Assembly: GCA_951406725.2 (NCBI GenBank)
Contig: OX597822.1
Span: 116,436,001-116,500,000 of the forward strand
Direction: 5' to 3'
Source: Octopus vulgaris
Lineage: Eukaryota
Length of the DNA: 64,000 bases
Shown here in pieces: positions 26,831 through 40,605 of the stretch. Both the position numbers and the translations under genes were made by a program. Position 1 is the first letter of the stretch; each line of letters begins with the position of its first letter. Under the pieces are notes generated by a model that saw only the letters and a program-made list of their open reading frames with translations, searched no databases and was not told the DNA's origin.

Positions 26831-29219
26831 AGTTTACATATGTCTACCTAAGTCTGTGAGTCTGTTGGTCTGTTTTCCTTTCTTTCTCTCACTCCTTTTC
26901 TCTCTATATATAGTGTTTATAAGCTTTTTCTCTTCCTGTCACTCTCTATCTCCTTCCCTCAATATGTGAATGTGTATGTATAAATATGTACATTTATATA
27001 TGTGTGCGTATATGTGTGTGTGTGTGTGCACATGTGAGTGTAAGTGTTTGCAGGCATGTTTATATATATATGTGTGTGTGTGTATATATATATAGATACA
27101 TAGATAGATAGATACATACATACATACATACATACATACGTTCATACATACATACATTCATACATATCACGTTTTTTATATATTTTATTTTTTATTTTCC
27201 TAGCAGTGCCTCAGCATGTCCGCAACCTTTAAGATGAAGCACAAAGAGTAAAAGAGTAATAAAAGAGTACAAAATAACTTTTTAAACACAATAAAAGTAA
27301 GTACACCTGTGCCTCTAAAAACCTAGTCTTTGTAATCACATGTGGAGACCATTACATAGGTCAAACCAGAATATCCTTAAGTCAATGCACAACACTTCAT
27401 AGATCACAAATTAAAATATGATAATACAGACAATAGGACTTGGCGAACAAGTAGATACACATATAGACAAGAAACAATAAAATTTTATGCTTTACACATG
27501 TATCAATGTAGTGGTACACAACACAACAATACATCAACAAGAAAACAACCTCCATAGCCAAATGCCAACCACTTCTAGAAACATGTAGGAAAGAAGTGGA
27601 CACAACTACTGCCAACCCAACTGCCACAAATACTGCAGTCATTAGCATTGCTACTGCTGCTGCCACTACTAATAGTCACACTTGATACTAGTACTATGAC
27701 CCAGCAACAATGAATGTGAAACGAAATTTCAGCACCATGTAATTTTTGTCAGAAATCCTTGTGAACTTCCAAAACTGATATCATAAAAGATTATTGAGTA
27801 TGTGTTTTCTACTATTGATCTTCACATACCAAAGCCTTGTCAGTGGATATGCTTGGTGGAAACTGAAAGAAGCTTATCGTATACATGCATACATATGTGT
27901 GTCTGTGTGCATGCATGTGTGTGTGTATGTGTGTGAGTATTAATGCATATGAGTATATAAGCTTGTATCTCCTTATCTTGACATCATATATTAGCTGTGA
28001 ATGAGTGTTATTGGCATACAAGCAATGCAGTTCATTCTATATATTCTGTGCGAAATATGTCTCATCGTGGAGAAATATTACTTTGTTTGGAAACGGTTGA
28101 GCATCTCGCTGTCAAAACTCTGCCTCAATAAACTTGGTCTGAGACATGCAGACATGGAAAAGTGGATGTTAAAGTGATGATGATGATGACTTCATATGTG
28201 AGTGTGTGTGTGTGTGTAAGTGAAATTGTAGTTGGGGGCTAATGCTGGTGTCATGTGACTGGTACTGTGTTGTCGGCACATAAAAGCACCCATGCTGGTG
28301 GCATGTAAAAAGTACCCACTACACTCTTGGAATGATTGGTGTCATGAAGGGCATCCAACCATAGAAACCTAGCCAAGCCAGACTGGAACTTGATGCAGAT
28401 CTCCGGCTTACCAGTTCCAGTCAAACTGTTTAATCCATGCCAGGATGGAAAACGGACACTAAATAATGATGATGATATAAATGTTAGCCAGCCCCGTGTC
28501 AAGCAGTCCAACCCATGCCAGCATGGAAAACAGACGTTAAATAATGATGATAGTGATGATGATGGCATATAAGTACTCCATCCAAGTAAGTCTTTTTTGT
28601 GAGGTTGCTAAAGTGCAAATGTAGCTGCATATAATAGCTCATAATACATTAGGAAAAAAAACTCCTTGCACAGAAACCAGTAAATAAAGCTAACCACAGG
28701 AATTGGACTATTTGTCTGAGTCTGGCACAGATCAGAAAGCTGTGGTACCCCTACCCCTACTTCAGGGAGACTTGCAAATATTTAACTGTCAAATTAGAAG
28801 CTTTAATGTTACAAATAAGAAAGGAAACGTGTTTGTTTCGGATCATATTTTGAAGCGTTGAGAAATTTGAAAATGTCTTTTTATGAAGTTGCTCAAATGT
28901 TATAAAAATGACTCATAAAGTATTGAACAAAATATTCCTTAGATAGAAGGAAAGTAGACAAGGTACCCCCAGAGAAACTGAACTATGCAATTTGCATCTG
29001 AATAACCCAGACAGCTGTGTGTGTGTGTGTGTGTTTCTATAGGCACCAGGAAGAGCATCTTGCTGTAGAAAACTCTGCCTTAACATAGTGCTGTCTGACC
29101 CATGCAAGCATAGAAAACTAGATGTTAAAACCATTAGGGTAATGATGGTGGTGGAGGTGATGATATATATACACACATATATATGTATACATACACATAT
29201 ATATGTATTTATAAATATT

Positions 29220-29280
<61 letters not shown>

Positions 29281-29321
29281 GTATGTATATGTATATATAT
29301 GTATATATGTTTAAATATGTA

Positions 29322-30335
29322 TCAGGTTATTAAGAATAAAATGTCTGATTTTCTTCTGCACCAAGTTTGACAGTCGTTAACTCTAACATTTTATTCTGAC
29401 AATTCTTTGTTTTACAACATTGAAGAGTTACATCATCACTTTTCGAAATGCAATTCATGGTGTCTGATCACATTGTGAGTTTTCTCTTCTAAATCCATTT
29501 TTGTGAACCCATGGATCAAAATTTCGTGTTCTTTGTGAATGTGAGTTCCATTGTGGAACCAATGCATCCCAGACAACCTGAAACATCAATGAAGTGTTTG
29601 GTGAAGATGTGGCGAATGAGTGCACTGTATGCCAATGGTTTGGGAAGTTCTGGTCTGGTGACTTTCCTCTTGAAAATCAGCCCCATGGTAGACCTCAGAC
29701 CAAGATGGATAATGATGAGCTGGAAACTGTAGTGGAAGCGGATACGTCTCAAACTATGCCAGAGTTAGCAGCGAGGTTTGGTGTTTCAATTCCAACTGTA
29801 TTGGATCATCTGAAAGAAATCAACAAGGTAAAGGCACTGGACATGTGTGCACCACACAAACTGAATGAGCATCAAATGACACGTCGTCTTGAAACTTGCT
29901 GTTCTTTGCTGACATGACATAAAAGTGAACCAATTTTGCATCATGTTGTTACATGTGATGAAAATGGATTCTTTTCAACAATAGCAAGTGTTCTGCATGG
30001 TGGTTTGATAGAGACAAAGTGTCAAAACGCAATCGAAAAAAGAATATTCACCAAAAAACTAATGGTGTCTGTTTGATGGTCCAGTGCTTGTGTCATCCAC
30101 TGGAGCTTCATGAGACCTGGTAAGTCAATTATAGAGGATGTATACATCAACCAACTGAATGAAGTCATGAGTGAACTTGCAATTAAACAACCAAGATTGG
30201 TTAATTGAGACAGACCAAATCTCTTGCAAGACTGCATGTTGCACAAGACTGCATGTTGCGATGACTGCATGTTGCACAAAGAATGCTACTCAAGTTACTG
30301 AACTTGGAAGTACTCTCTCAGCCACCATATTCAAC
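29322..30335 (+). mobile_element. Decayed mariner (cecropia/Hsmar1-like), 3' truncated
   Basis: INEVFGEDVANECTVCQWFGKF...GRPQTKMDNDEL...VVTCDE, LSQPPYS; contains stops and frameshifts. Confidence 0.9.
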
Positions 30336-30464
30336 AAAATAACGTATAGAGCACTGCTACCACAGTAGAACATGGCGTTGACTTAAAAAACATTTAATAT
30401 ACTTTATAGTATATTATGGTTACATAACAAAATAGCATAAGTACCACGTGCCTACAAGTCATTA

Positions 30465-30546
<82 letters not shown>

Positions 30547-30589
30547 ATATATATATATACATACATGTATATATATATATATACACATA

Positions 30590-30642
<53 letters not shown>

Positions 30643-30646
<4 letters not shown>

Positions 30647-31369
30647 CCAGGAAGACATGGGATGAGGTAGTCAAGCATGACCTCAGAGCGTTGGGCCTCA
30701 CTGAGGCAACGGCGAAGGACCGAGATCTCTGGAGATATGCTGTGTGTGACTGCAAATACCCGGGCTGCTTCCTGCATCAGTTCCGCATAGCCCCTGCCCA
30801 TTCAAAGTACCCCGGATCCCAGATCGTCCCGCGGTGCTTGAGGAGACCTGTTGAGTCAAGTACATGAACATGAACGTCGAAATAAATATCAATGGAAATA
30901 GTAGTTATGATGCCTGTGCCGGTGGCACATAAAAACTACTATCCAAACGTGGCCAATGCCAGCGCCGCCCCGACTGGCTTCTGTGCTGGTGGCACATAAA
31001 AAGCACCATCTGAACGTGGCCGATGCCAGCGCCGCCCTGACTGGCCTCTGTGCCGGTGGCACATAAAAAAAGGCCATCCGAACGTTGCCAGCGCCGCCTT
31101 GGCTGGCTTCCGTGCCGCTAGCACGTTAAAAGCCCGAACCGATCGTGACAGATGCCGGACACCCCCGGCACCTGTGCAGGTGGCACGTAAAAAGCACCCA
31201 CTACACTCGCGGAGTGGTTGGCGTTAGGAAGGGCATCCAGCCGTAGAAACTCTGCCAGATCAGACTGGAGCCTGGAGCAGCCCCTGGCTTCCCAGACCCG
31301 GTCGAACCGTCCAACCCGTGCTAGCACGGAAAACGGACGTTAAACGATGATGATGATGATGATGATGAT
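30643..31369 (+). mobile_element. RTE LINE: ORF2 C-terminus plus complete 3' UTR (family A parent)
   Basis: [34 protein letters not shown] (RTE C-terminal motif), then 5 tandem units, the conserved block and (GAT)n; inserted in (TA)n. Confidence 0.92.
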
Positions 31370-31382
31370 ATACACACACACA

Positions 31383-31438
<56 letters not shown>

Positions 31439-31924
31439 TAGATATATAGATATACATATATATATGTATATCTATATATATACACACACACACACATATA
31501 TACATATATATATTACATATATTTATGCATATATATAAATAGATATATAGATAGATGGACAAATCAATAGATATTACATAGACCTACACACATATATAGA
31601 AATGTATGCATGCATATATACATACACGCACACATATATACACTCACACATCATACAACCACACACACACACAAAGTAGATAAATCTCATTCCTAGTTTT
31701 ATAACTTCTATTATTCATTGCCTCCTCTAGTGAATTCACAAATTAAAACTAAATATTAAGAAATAATTACCATTTAATGATATTAAAAAATAACTATCTG
31801 TATATTTATTCGTCACCTCTGGAGAAATATATATTTTATATACCATCCCTGTTGTCTGATGGTGGTCAAATGTATATTTGGTTAACAATATATGTATGTA
31901 GCTATGGGTTTGTGTATATATATA

Positions 31925-31992
<68 letters not shown>

Positions 31993-32392
31993 TGTGTGTG
32001 TGTGTGTGTGTACTATTTTAAATTATTTGAAATTCTTCCTGAAAAGTAAGCGCTAGCTTCTACTGAAAATACAATGCTCCATCCTTGGAATACAGAAAAC
32101 AAAATCACTGTCATACATGTTGAACTTGATAAAAGTCTTGTATATTTTTATTGTTCCACTTACAGATTGTATATATAATGTGCAAATTTGCTGCTTGATT
32201 TCTTTTTCTGAAAATCCTAGCTTATTCAGACTGTCTCTGAGGCATTTGTTCACAAAATGAAGGGTGCCAAAGTTTCAAAGTGATTGTCTGTAGTCACCTT
32301 TCTATTTGATTTTTGAATAAATATTCACACCAGCAAGATAACTAACCTCTGTGGCACCACAAGTTTTTATACTCGTTGGTCCCAAACATTTA

Positions 32393-33653
32393 TTAGGATG
32401 TCAAATATGAAATTTGTAGAAAAGAAAAAAGTTTGCTAATGTTTTATAAGTACAAGGAATAGTTTTATTCATCAAAGTAAGCACCCATATTATCAATACG
32501 CTTTTGCCATTTCAGTGGTAGCTTGTCCAGCCCAGAACTGTAAATGCCTGGCAATCTAGCTTCAATAAAATCTTGGAAGGCCTGTTTTACAGCATCGTCG
32601 GAATTGAATTCTTTTCCTATCAAAAAGTTATCCAAATTCTGGAAGAAGTGGTAGTCAGTGGGTGCAAGATCAGGTGAGTATGGTGGATGATAGAGAACTT
32701 CCAACTCCAACTCTTCTAGTTTCCCCAATTTTTGCGATGTGTGTCCTGCAATAAAATAGGAATGGATCTGTTGACTAATCTAGGCTGTTTTTTGTAAGTT
32801 TCTGCATCATTTGGTCCAGTTGGCTGCAGTATACTTCGGCTGTGATTGATGAGCCAGGTTTAATGAAATCATAATGGATCACACCTGTGCCAGAACACCA
32901 AACATAGCATCAACTTCTTTTGAGGAATTTTGCTTTTTGGACTGTGTTTTGGTGACTTGTCTTTGTCCAATCATTGTGCTGAACATTTACGGTTGTTGTA
33001 TTGGATCCATTTCTCATCACATCTTACAATTCAGTTCAAAAATGATTCATTCTTGTGACGAGAAAGTAGCATAATGCAGGCTTCCGAACATTTCTGTTTC
33101 TGATTTTCATTGAGTTCATGTTGAACCCACTTATCCATATTTTTCACTTTACCGATTTGAACCAGGTGAGTCAATATTGTTTGCTTGCTAACACCAAACA
33201 ACAACGATAATTCACAGGCATTTTGAGATGGATCTGACTCAACGGTGGCTTTCAGTTCATCATTATCCACCTTTGTTTCTGGTCGACTGCGTTACTCATT
33301 TGTGCGGTCAAAGTTACCAGAACAAAATTTTGCAAACCAATTTCATATTGTCTGTGTAATGACATTAAAATGAAATGCTCCATTAATATTCTGAGCTGCC
33401 TGTAATGCTGTATTTCCAAGAAAGAACTCATTTAAAAACTCTATGAATTTCTGACTTATCCCTCCCTAAACAAAAATATCAAAAACCAATTTATAAATAC
33501 TCTATAAAGTGCAAAATGAGTTAGAATAAGGAAATAGATGTGTCAGCTTTCTAGCAAAAAATAAAGATTATCAAAATATAATAATAGTGCAAAATGAGCA
33601 GCTGTTAAAGGTTACCATATACCTTACTACAAATTTCATACTTGACGACCTAA
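32393..33653 (-). mobile_element. Full-length decayed mariner (1261 bp)
   Basis: TA-flanked TIRs TTAGGATGTCAAATATGAAATTTGTAG / CTACAAATTTCATACTTGACGACCTAA; WVQHEL, CDEKW, YHPPYSPDLAPTDYHFF. Confidence 0.95.
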
Positions 33654-33766
33654 TACATTCCAACTTATGTTTGTACTTGGTAGGAGTTTTGATGGGAATT
33701 TTCCACCAATATTCCTTGTGTTGATATTTAGGCATGTATTTAGTAACTCCAGTTACTAAATACATG

Positions 33767-34092
33767 AGTGTTGGGCTCAGTCATGAGGCAGTGAGTTTGA
33801 TTCCTGGACTGGGCTGTGTCTTGTGTTCTTGAGCAAGACACTTTCTTTCACGTTGCTCCAGGTCACTCAGCTGTAGAAATGAGTAGTGACTTCAATGGTG
33901 CCAAGCTGTATCAGCCCCTTTGCCTTTCCCTTGGACAACATCAGTGACATGCAGAGGGGAGGTTGCATGGGCAACTGCTGGTCTTCCATAAACAACCTTG
34001 CCTGGGCTTATGCCTTGGAGGGTAACTTTCTAGGTGCAATCCTTTGGTCATTCATGACCGAAGGTGGTCTTTACCCTCTACCCTTTACCCTC
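33767..34092 (+). mobile_element. tRNA-derived SINE family E
   Basis: GAGTTTGATTCC B box, TTCTTGAGCAAGACACTT, (CTTTACCCT) tail; homologous to 54313-54638 and 5183-5295. Confidence 0.8.
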
Positions 34093-35485
34093 TACGATTC
34101 TCTATATTTGTCCCAGGATTCTTTTGGATTTGGGGTAGCATTGTATATTTCTTTAGTGGCTCTATCATATTTCAGAGGAAAGTAGTTCCTTGACGTTTTG
34201 GTCCAGCTGCTGGTGCTGACCACGTGATGTCATTCAGAAATCTATGGCATAATCAACAATTTTGGTTGCAGCTTTGGAACTCCAAATGTTGCACTGTCTC
34301 TTTTGTTCATTAGACATTTGGTAGTGATCTCTTAAAAGTCCAAGAAAGACTGCACATCTTGTTGATATTAGTATCAGCTTCAAAGCTTCGGGGAACATAC
34401 CCCTGCCAAGTTTGTTTTTGGTATGTTGGTCATTTCACATTTAGATTTTTTTTGAGGTATGGTAGTCCAGCTGTTTTGGCATTGTCTTGAAGAACTCACT
34501 GCCAAAGAGGATTTTATTCCCTTTGCTTTTCCATACTTGGTTCATATATTTATTTTTGCTGCTGTTTTTAAGCAGGTGCTAACTGAGAGATACTATACAT
34601 CAAAACCTACCTGCAATCAACTAAAGTTTCTACCTCCTTTGTCTCTTCTGAAAAACAGCCTGTTTATATCACTTTTTCTGTGGAAGCTTCTGGTTGATGT
34701 GAGGATCAAACAGGCATTAATGATTTCATTCAACTTACCAGTCAAGAAGCCAAACGTTGGTATCTGCCCTGGTACTGTGAATGTGTTGTAAGATATTGTC
34801 TTGTAAGAAGTTCTGATTGTTATAGTTTTTAAAGTCTGCCGTAATATTCTGAAATCACTCTATTTTTGTTCACAGCATCTTTGCATGACATGTGTTCATC
34901 AACGCCTAAGTATTTGCAGCATCCTTTATGTGTGAAACACAAGAGATAGAGACACCATTGATGCACAAGTTCTAGGCTTGGGGGACTGATTTGTCATGTG
35001 CAGCAATTAGATAAGAACACTTCTCTTGGCCAAATTCCATTCATATATCAGCTGAAAATGTTGCTATTAACTTCAGCTGTTTTTCGTATTGTAAACATTT
35101 TTAGTATAGAACTTCAGGTCATCCACAAAGAAATTATGTTTTTTTATTGGTATCTCTAGCAGTTACAAATCCTAGTGTGTAGCCATTGGACTTTTGAAAT
35201 AAAAAAAAGAAAATAATAACTGATTTTATCCCAAAATAAACAGAATTACAGTAAAACTATTTCATTGGAATATTCTCTTTGGAATATTTGTAACAATGGA
35301 AACAATCATTCTACTATCAATTGTGAGTGATGGTTGTTACCCAAGCCTTTGTGGACCCCTCAATGGCAGCATCTAAGGTAGCACGTACTTTTACTAGGTG
35401 CAGAGGCTTCAGCAACCATGAAGATAAAATACATACCAGTTGAACACTGGACTTAGTGTAACCTATCTAAATCATCATCACTATA

Positions 35486-35911
35486 CCGTAAATCCTTGAG
35501 TATAATCCGCATTTTTTTCCCAAAATTTAAAATGTTTATTCAGAGGCATTTTGTGATGTCGGGGGCCAAAATACATTAAGCTAAGCCTTAAAGCAATGAA
35601 GTCCTAAAAGAATCATCCATAACTTGCAGTAAGCAACATTTATTAAACATTATTACTGTTATTTCTTTATTTTCAGCAAACAAAATGCACAAAAAAGCTA
35701 CACATTTGCATTATATTATATATACAATAATAATAATAAAGGACGTTACCGTATACATTTTTACAAACCAAGGACGTTATATAGACCTCCTTGACTCGAG
35801 TTAGAGAAGGGGTGCGTATTATACACAAGGTTTAGGTTTTTCAGAGGTACAGCCCCCTAAAAATCCCCTGCGTTTTATACTCAAGGGCGGACTATACTCA
35901 AGGATTTACAG
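35486..35911 (+). mobile_element. Shorter deletion derivative of the pogo-like element at 21726
   Basis: TA-CCGTAAATCCTTGAGTATAATCCGC...GCGGACTATACTCAAGGATTTACAG-TA; shared internal blocks. Confidence 0.88.
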
Positions 35912-36477
35912 TAGTTTGACTCAGCAAACACATGATTCAGTTTGGAGACTGTTCTTCCATATAGAGTCAGTGTGTTCTTATTGTGAAGCCATACTATAAC
36001 AAGGTTTCTGTGCTTGAGAAGACCCATTAAGCCTGGTGAAATCATAATCCTGACTGATACTGGGGTCATATAATTGGCACCTGTGCCGGTGGTGCATAAA
36101 GAGCACCTTTTGAACGTTGGTCCTCATGAAGGCAAAGTGGCTGAGTTCCTCTCAAGTGTTGGGCCTCACAGAGGTATTGACAGAGACCTTTGGCATTATG
36201 TCATGCTTGAGAAGAAGACCCATCAAGCCGAGCAAAATTGCAATGGTAGCAGATACCAGTGTCATGCAAATGGCACTCATGCCGGTGGCACATAAAAGCA
36301 CCCATTACACTCTTTGAGTGGTTGGCATTAGGAAGGGCATCCAGCTGCAGAAATCATGCCAAATTAGGGAGTTTTGTTCATCAATGTTTGTTTGACACGT
36401 CTCCCAACCCCCTTTCCATCAATCATTATAGAATTAGATTCGCAAAGATCCTGGATGAGTTGGTTGAGACAGCTTAT

Positions 36478-37194
36478 TCTTTTATTCTTTTGCTTGTTTC
36501 AGTCATTTGACTGTGGCCATGCTGGAGCACTGCCTTTGTTATTCAAAGAAATCACACCCAGGACTTATTCTTTGTGAGCCTGGTACTTATTCTATCGTTT
36601 TTTTTTGCCAAACCACTAAGTTACAGGGATGTAAACACACCAACATCGGTTGTCAAGCGATTGTGGTGGTGGTGGTGGGGGGAACAAACACAGACACAAA
36701 GACATACATACAAGGATTGGGCAAAATAATAGAATCACCTTAAAATTTCAAACAAATTTATTTTAATATGGGGTAGGACCACTTTGGTAGTAATTACAGC
36801 TTGAATTCTATGAGGTATGGATTCGTATGAAGTTTGAATTGTTTCCAAAGGAATTTTTCTCCATTCTTCAGTTCTTGAAGTGATGATGGTGGAGGATATT
36901 GACTCCTTACTTGTTTTCTAAATGCACCATAAATGTTTTCGTTACACTAGCACCTACCATACAAGCACCAACAATTTGAGCTCTTTGAAAGCCTGATAGA
37001 TCTGTCATTTTAATGAATTTTAATTACCTTTTTCTGATGATATCTGAAAAGAAACAGAAATTTTAGTAAAGTATATTAAGCAATACTAATAATGAATCAA
37101 AAAACATAATAATGAACAAGCCTTTGAAGGTTTTATAGATATTTCAAAACAAAATTATGATGCTAGGTGTTTCCATTATTTTATCCAACTCCTG

Positions 37195-37226
<32 letters not shown>

Positions 37227-37380
37227 ACAAGCTTCTTTCAGTTTCCCTCTACCAAATCCAGCCACAAGGCTTTTGTCTGCCCGAGGCTGTAGTAGAAGGC
37301 ACTCACCCAAGGTATCACGCAGGGGGACTGAACCTGGAACCATCTGGTTTGGAAGCAAATTTCTTACCCCACAGCCAGCT
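36478..37380 (-). mobile_element. SINE family B split by a Tc1 MITE
   Basis: 3' half 36478-36710, 5' half 37225-37380. Confidence 0.8.
36711..37194 (-). mobile_element. Non-autonomous Tc1-like element
   Basis: TA-flanked TIRs CAAGGATTGGGCAAAATAATAGAATCACC / GGTGTTTCCATTATTTTATCCAACTCCTG; remnant SIPHRIQAVIT..GPTPY*. Confidence 0.85.
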
Positions 37381-37721
37381 TGTGTAACGTTTATATATCT
37401 TGCAATATAATGATCCACCGGCCAATTGAATGTTGTAAGACATCACTGGTCACGATGCATTGTTTTAGCTTTCAAATGATGCCACCCTGCTGGCGAGGTG
37501 AACAAGCCAACGCTACCCCTGATCATAAGACTAGTTGGCTGCAGGAATATCCATTTATAGGTGAGTGGACTGGAATAGCATGAAATGTAGTCTTTTGCCC
37601 AAGAACACAATGTGCTACTCAGTCCAGGAATCAAACCCACGATCTAGGGATTGCGAGTGCAACGACCTAACCACTAGGCATAAAGCTTTTACATAATGTT
37701 TAGATAAGCCATGGGCCTATA

Positions 37722-37963
37722 GTTTTCTTATTTCTTTATTGCCCACAAGGAGCTAAACATAGAGAGGACAAACAAGGACAGACAAAGGGATTAAGTCGAT
37801 TACATCGACCCCAGTGCATAACAACTGGTACTTAATTTATTGACCCCGAAAGGATGAAAGGCAAAGTCGACCTCGGTGGAATTTGAACTCAGAACGTAAT
37901 GGCAGACGAAATACCGCTAAGCATTTTGCCCGGTGTGCTAACATTTCTGCCAACTTGCCACCT
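37722..37963 (-). mobile_element. SINE family C, full length
   Basis: Reverse complement of 53223-53455. Confidence 0.88.
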
Positions 37964-38623
37964 TAGTTTTCTCCCAACTCAGTGGTTTTTTTCTTGACCA
38001 CAAGGTTCATGTGTGTGATAGTAAACCAAACTGTGATGTCAATCTGGCCATCCATAATTCTTTTGAGCATTCATATTAATAGCATTCTGTAGAAGGCCAG
38101 CCTCTTGCATCAGTCTCCAACTACCAATTCCCTTCCAGGTACCTTCCCACTGTCTACTTCTACAGCTATGGCGAAAATCTCAGGGTTGATTGTATAGGTT
38201 TTACTGTTGATGTTGGTACAGAATTCCTTCATAATTGTATTTAGCCATAATACATTCTGACTGAAATCTCAATTTTCGCTCCAGATCTTGGACCAGAATA
38301 ATTCAAAATCTCCTTGAGATAATAAACATATATGTGTGTGTGTGTGTGTATATGTATTTGTATATGTATGCATGTATGTGAGTGTGTTTGAATGTGTGTA
38401 TGTGTGTATGTGTGTGTGTATGTGTGTATGTGTGTGTGTATGTGTGTGTGTGTGTGTGTAGGGCTGAGTGTATATTTTTGTGTGTGTATGAGTGTATTTA
38501 TGTGTGTACGTTTCAAATTTAAACTGTGAAACATCTGATTCTATCTAAATGTTTTGGCCAACAACCAAATTGTGACATTAGCTAGTTTTATGTTTTTTTG
38601 ATAGATAATTATAACCTCTCTTT

Positions 38624-38680
<57 letters not shown>

Positions 38681-38798
38681 CACACACACACACACACATA
38701 CACACACACACACACACACATATATAGTGTACTGTTTCATTATTGTTAAGAGCAACAAAATAAGTACTCAGTCCACTGAGAAATAAATATCTTTTAAT

Positions 38799-39156
38799 AA
38801 ACGTAGGATTTAAATGTGAGCTAAATAACTTTCATACTCTGCTAGCACAATAATCAGATGAGCCTGTGTAGTGTCCTGGGTACTGTCCTGGGTACTGTCC
38901 TGCAATGTTTTAGATTTAAAAAAAACTTAAAACAACGATCTGTTGGAAAGAAGGTTGTGCGTTGTCTTTTTATGACAAAGACTTCCTTTTGAAACATGTG
39001 TTAATCTGCTTAAGAGAATTATTAGTCATGAGCTGGTCAAGGTGGTGAGCTTGGCAGAATCGTTAGCACACTGGGCAAAATGCTTAGCGGGATTTCGTCT
39101 TTCGTTACGTTCTGAGTTCAAATTCCACCGAGGTTGACTTTGCCTTTCATCCTTTC
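38799..39156 (+). repeat. Source copy of a local duplication of about 360 bp (second copy 40862-41230)
   Basis: Near-identical unique sequence plus the 5' part of a SINE C; 12-bp unit GTCCTGGGTACT x2 here and x3 in the copy. Confidence 0.92.
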
Positions 39157-39275
39157 AGGGTCGATAAATTAAGTACCAGTTGTGCACTGGGGTCGATGTA
39201 ATCGACTTAATCCCTTTGTCAGTCCTTGTTTGTCCCCCCTGTGTTTAGCCCCTTGTGGGCAGTAAAGAGACAAGA
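39040..39275 (+). mobile_element. SINE family C
   Basis: GCCTTTCATCCTTTCAGGGTCGATAAATTAAGTACCAG central domain. Confidence 0.88.
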
Positions 39276-39676
39276 ATTATTAGTCATCATCATCGTTTAA
39301 TGTCCAATGTCCATGCTGGCATAGCTTGGACAGTGGGATCAGAGCTGGCAAGATGGGGGAGATCCAGTTTGATTTGGCATAGTTTCTATGACTGGATGCC
39401 CTTCTTAACACCAACAACTTTACGGAATGTGCTGGATGCTTTTACATGGCACCACATGGACACTTTTATGTGACACCACCACAAGTGCTTTACACCACCA
39501 GAAGGATCAGCTTTAGCTTTTCTGCTGTGGGGTATAAGTCTTCTTGAGTGCAGCCAGGGGCCACGTACCTCAGTCCCTTGTCATCTTGCCTGAAAGGTTC
39601 AGTTTCCTCTTCAGTACTTCACCCCATGACTTCCCTTTGTTCCATCCAAATTAATAATTTTTAATGTAAGTATATA

Positions 39677-39847
39677 GGCGTAGGAGTGGCTGTGTGGTAA
39701 GTAGCTTGCTTACGAACCACATGGTTCTGGGTTCGGTCCCACTGCATGACACCTTGGGCAAGTGTCGTCTACTGTAGCCTCAGGTCAACCAAAGCCTTGT
39801 GGGTGGATTTGGTAGACGGAAACTGAAAGAAGCCTGTCATATATATG

Positions 39848-39898
<51 letters not shown>

Positions 39899-40108
39899 AT
39901 ATGTTTGTCCCCCCACCCAACATCGTTTGACAACCGATGCTGGTGTGTTTGCATCCCCATAAATTAGCAGTTCGGCAAAAGAGACTGATAGAATAAGTAC
40001 TAGGCTCACAAAGTATAAGTCCTGGGGTCGATTTGCTCAACTAAAGGCAGTGCTCCTGCATGGCCACAGTCAAACGACTGAAACAAGTAAAAGAGTAAAA
40101 AGAGAGAG
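39677..40108 (+). mobile_element. SINE family B, full length
   Basis: Same structure as 1769-2183. Confidence 0.9.
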
Positions 40109-40605
40109 TATATTTTTTTTCCCAATATTGTGGCTGTTTCAAGAAATTACTATATTGCACTGTTCTCTGCCAACCTTGTGTGTATTTGAAAATACATCAC
40201 AGGGTGACGACTATGCCCTGCATAGTTACAGCTGCCCTTTAGCAAGGCACAGCATCCATTCATCCACCTTGTTAGGGATCCAGAGAAGGCATGGGACTGC
40301 AACCTGGCAGATTGAGAAGAGGTAGCAGATGAGTTCAAATGAGCCAGCAGTGCTGCTTACATTAATGCTGGGCAGAGGAATCCTAGAAGATCAACGACCA
40401 GGATCTCAAAGCTCTGTCAAAAGAGGAACTGCTATGCATCCATAGAGGTGACATCTATGATTGTGTAACCATCTAATGAAATATTCACTATAACTCAAGT
40501 TTCCAAATTCATAATAATGGAATTGGATGGCAACAGTGTCATGGGAATCTGTGAAAGCAGCAAAGAAAAAAAAATGCCAATTAGTTACCATCATTTTTTT
40601 TAATG

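Larger units (their letters stand above)
32030..35440 (-). mobile_element. Decayed R4/Dong-like non-LTR retrotransposon (RT, CCHC, restriction-like endonuclease), interrupted by a mariner and a SINE
   Basis: Minus strand HNFFVDDLKFY (about 35105-35140), KYLGVDE, CNQNC*LCH, YFPLKYDRATKEIY, EYWWKIPIKT, NVWD..EVS, LNKLGFSEKEIK...VSGTIKI. Confidence 0.75.

Noticed and set aside
29511-29917. SETMAR-like host gene
   Set aside because: Similarity is only to the mariner transposase; multiple stops and frameshifts, no SET domain.
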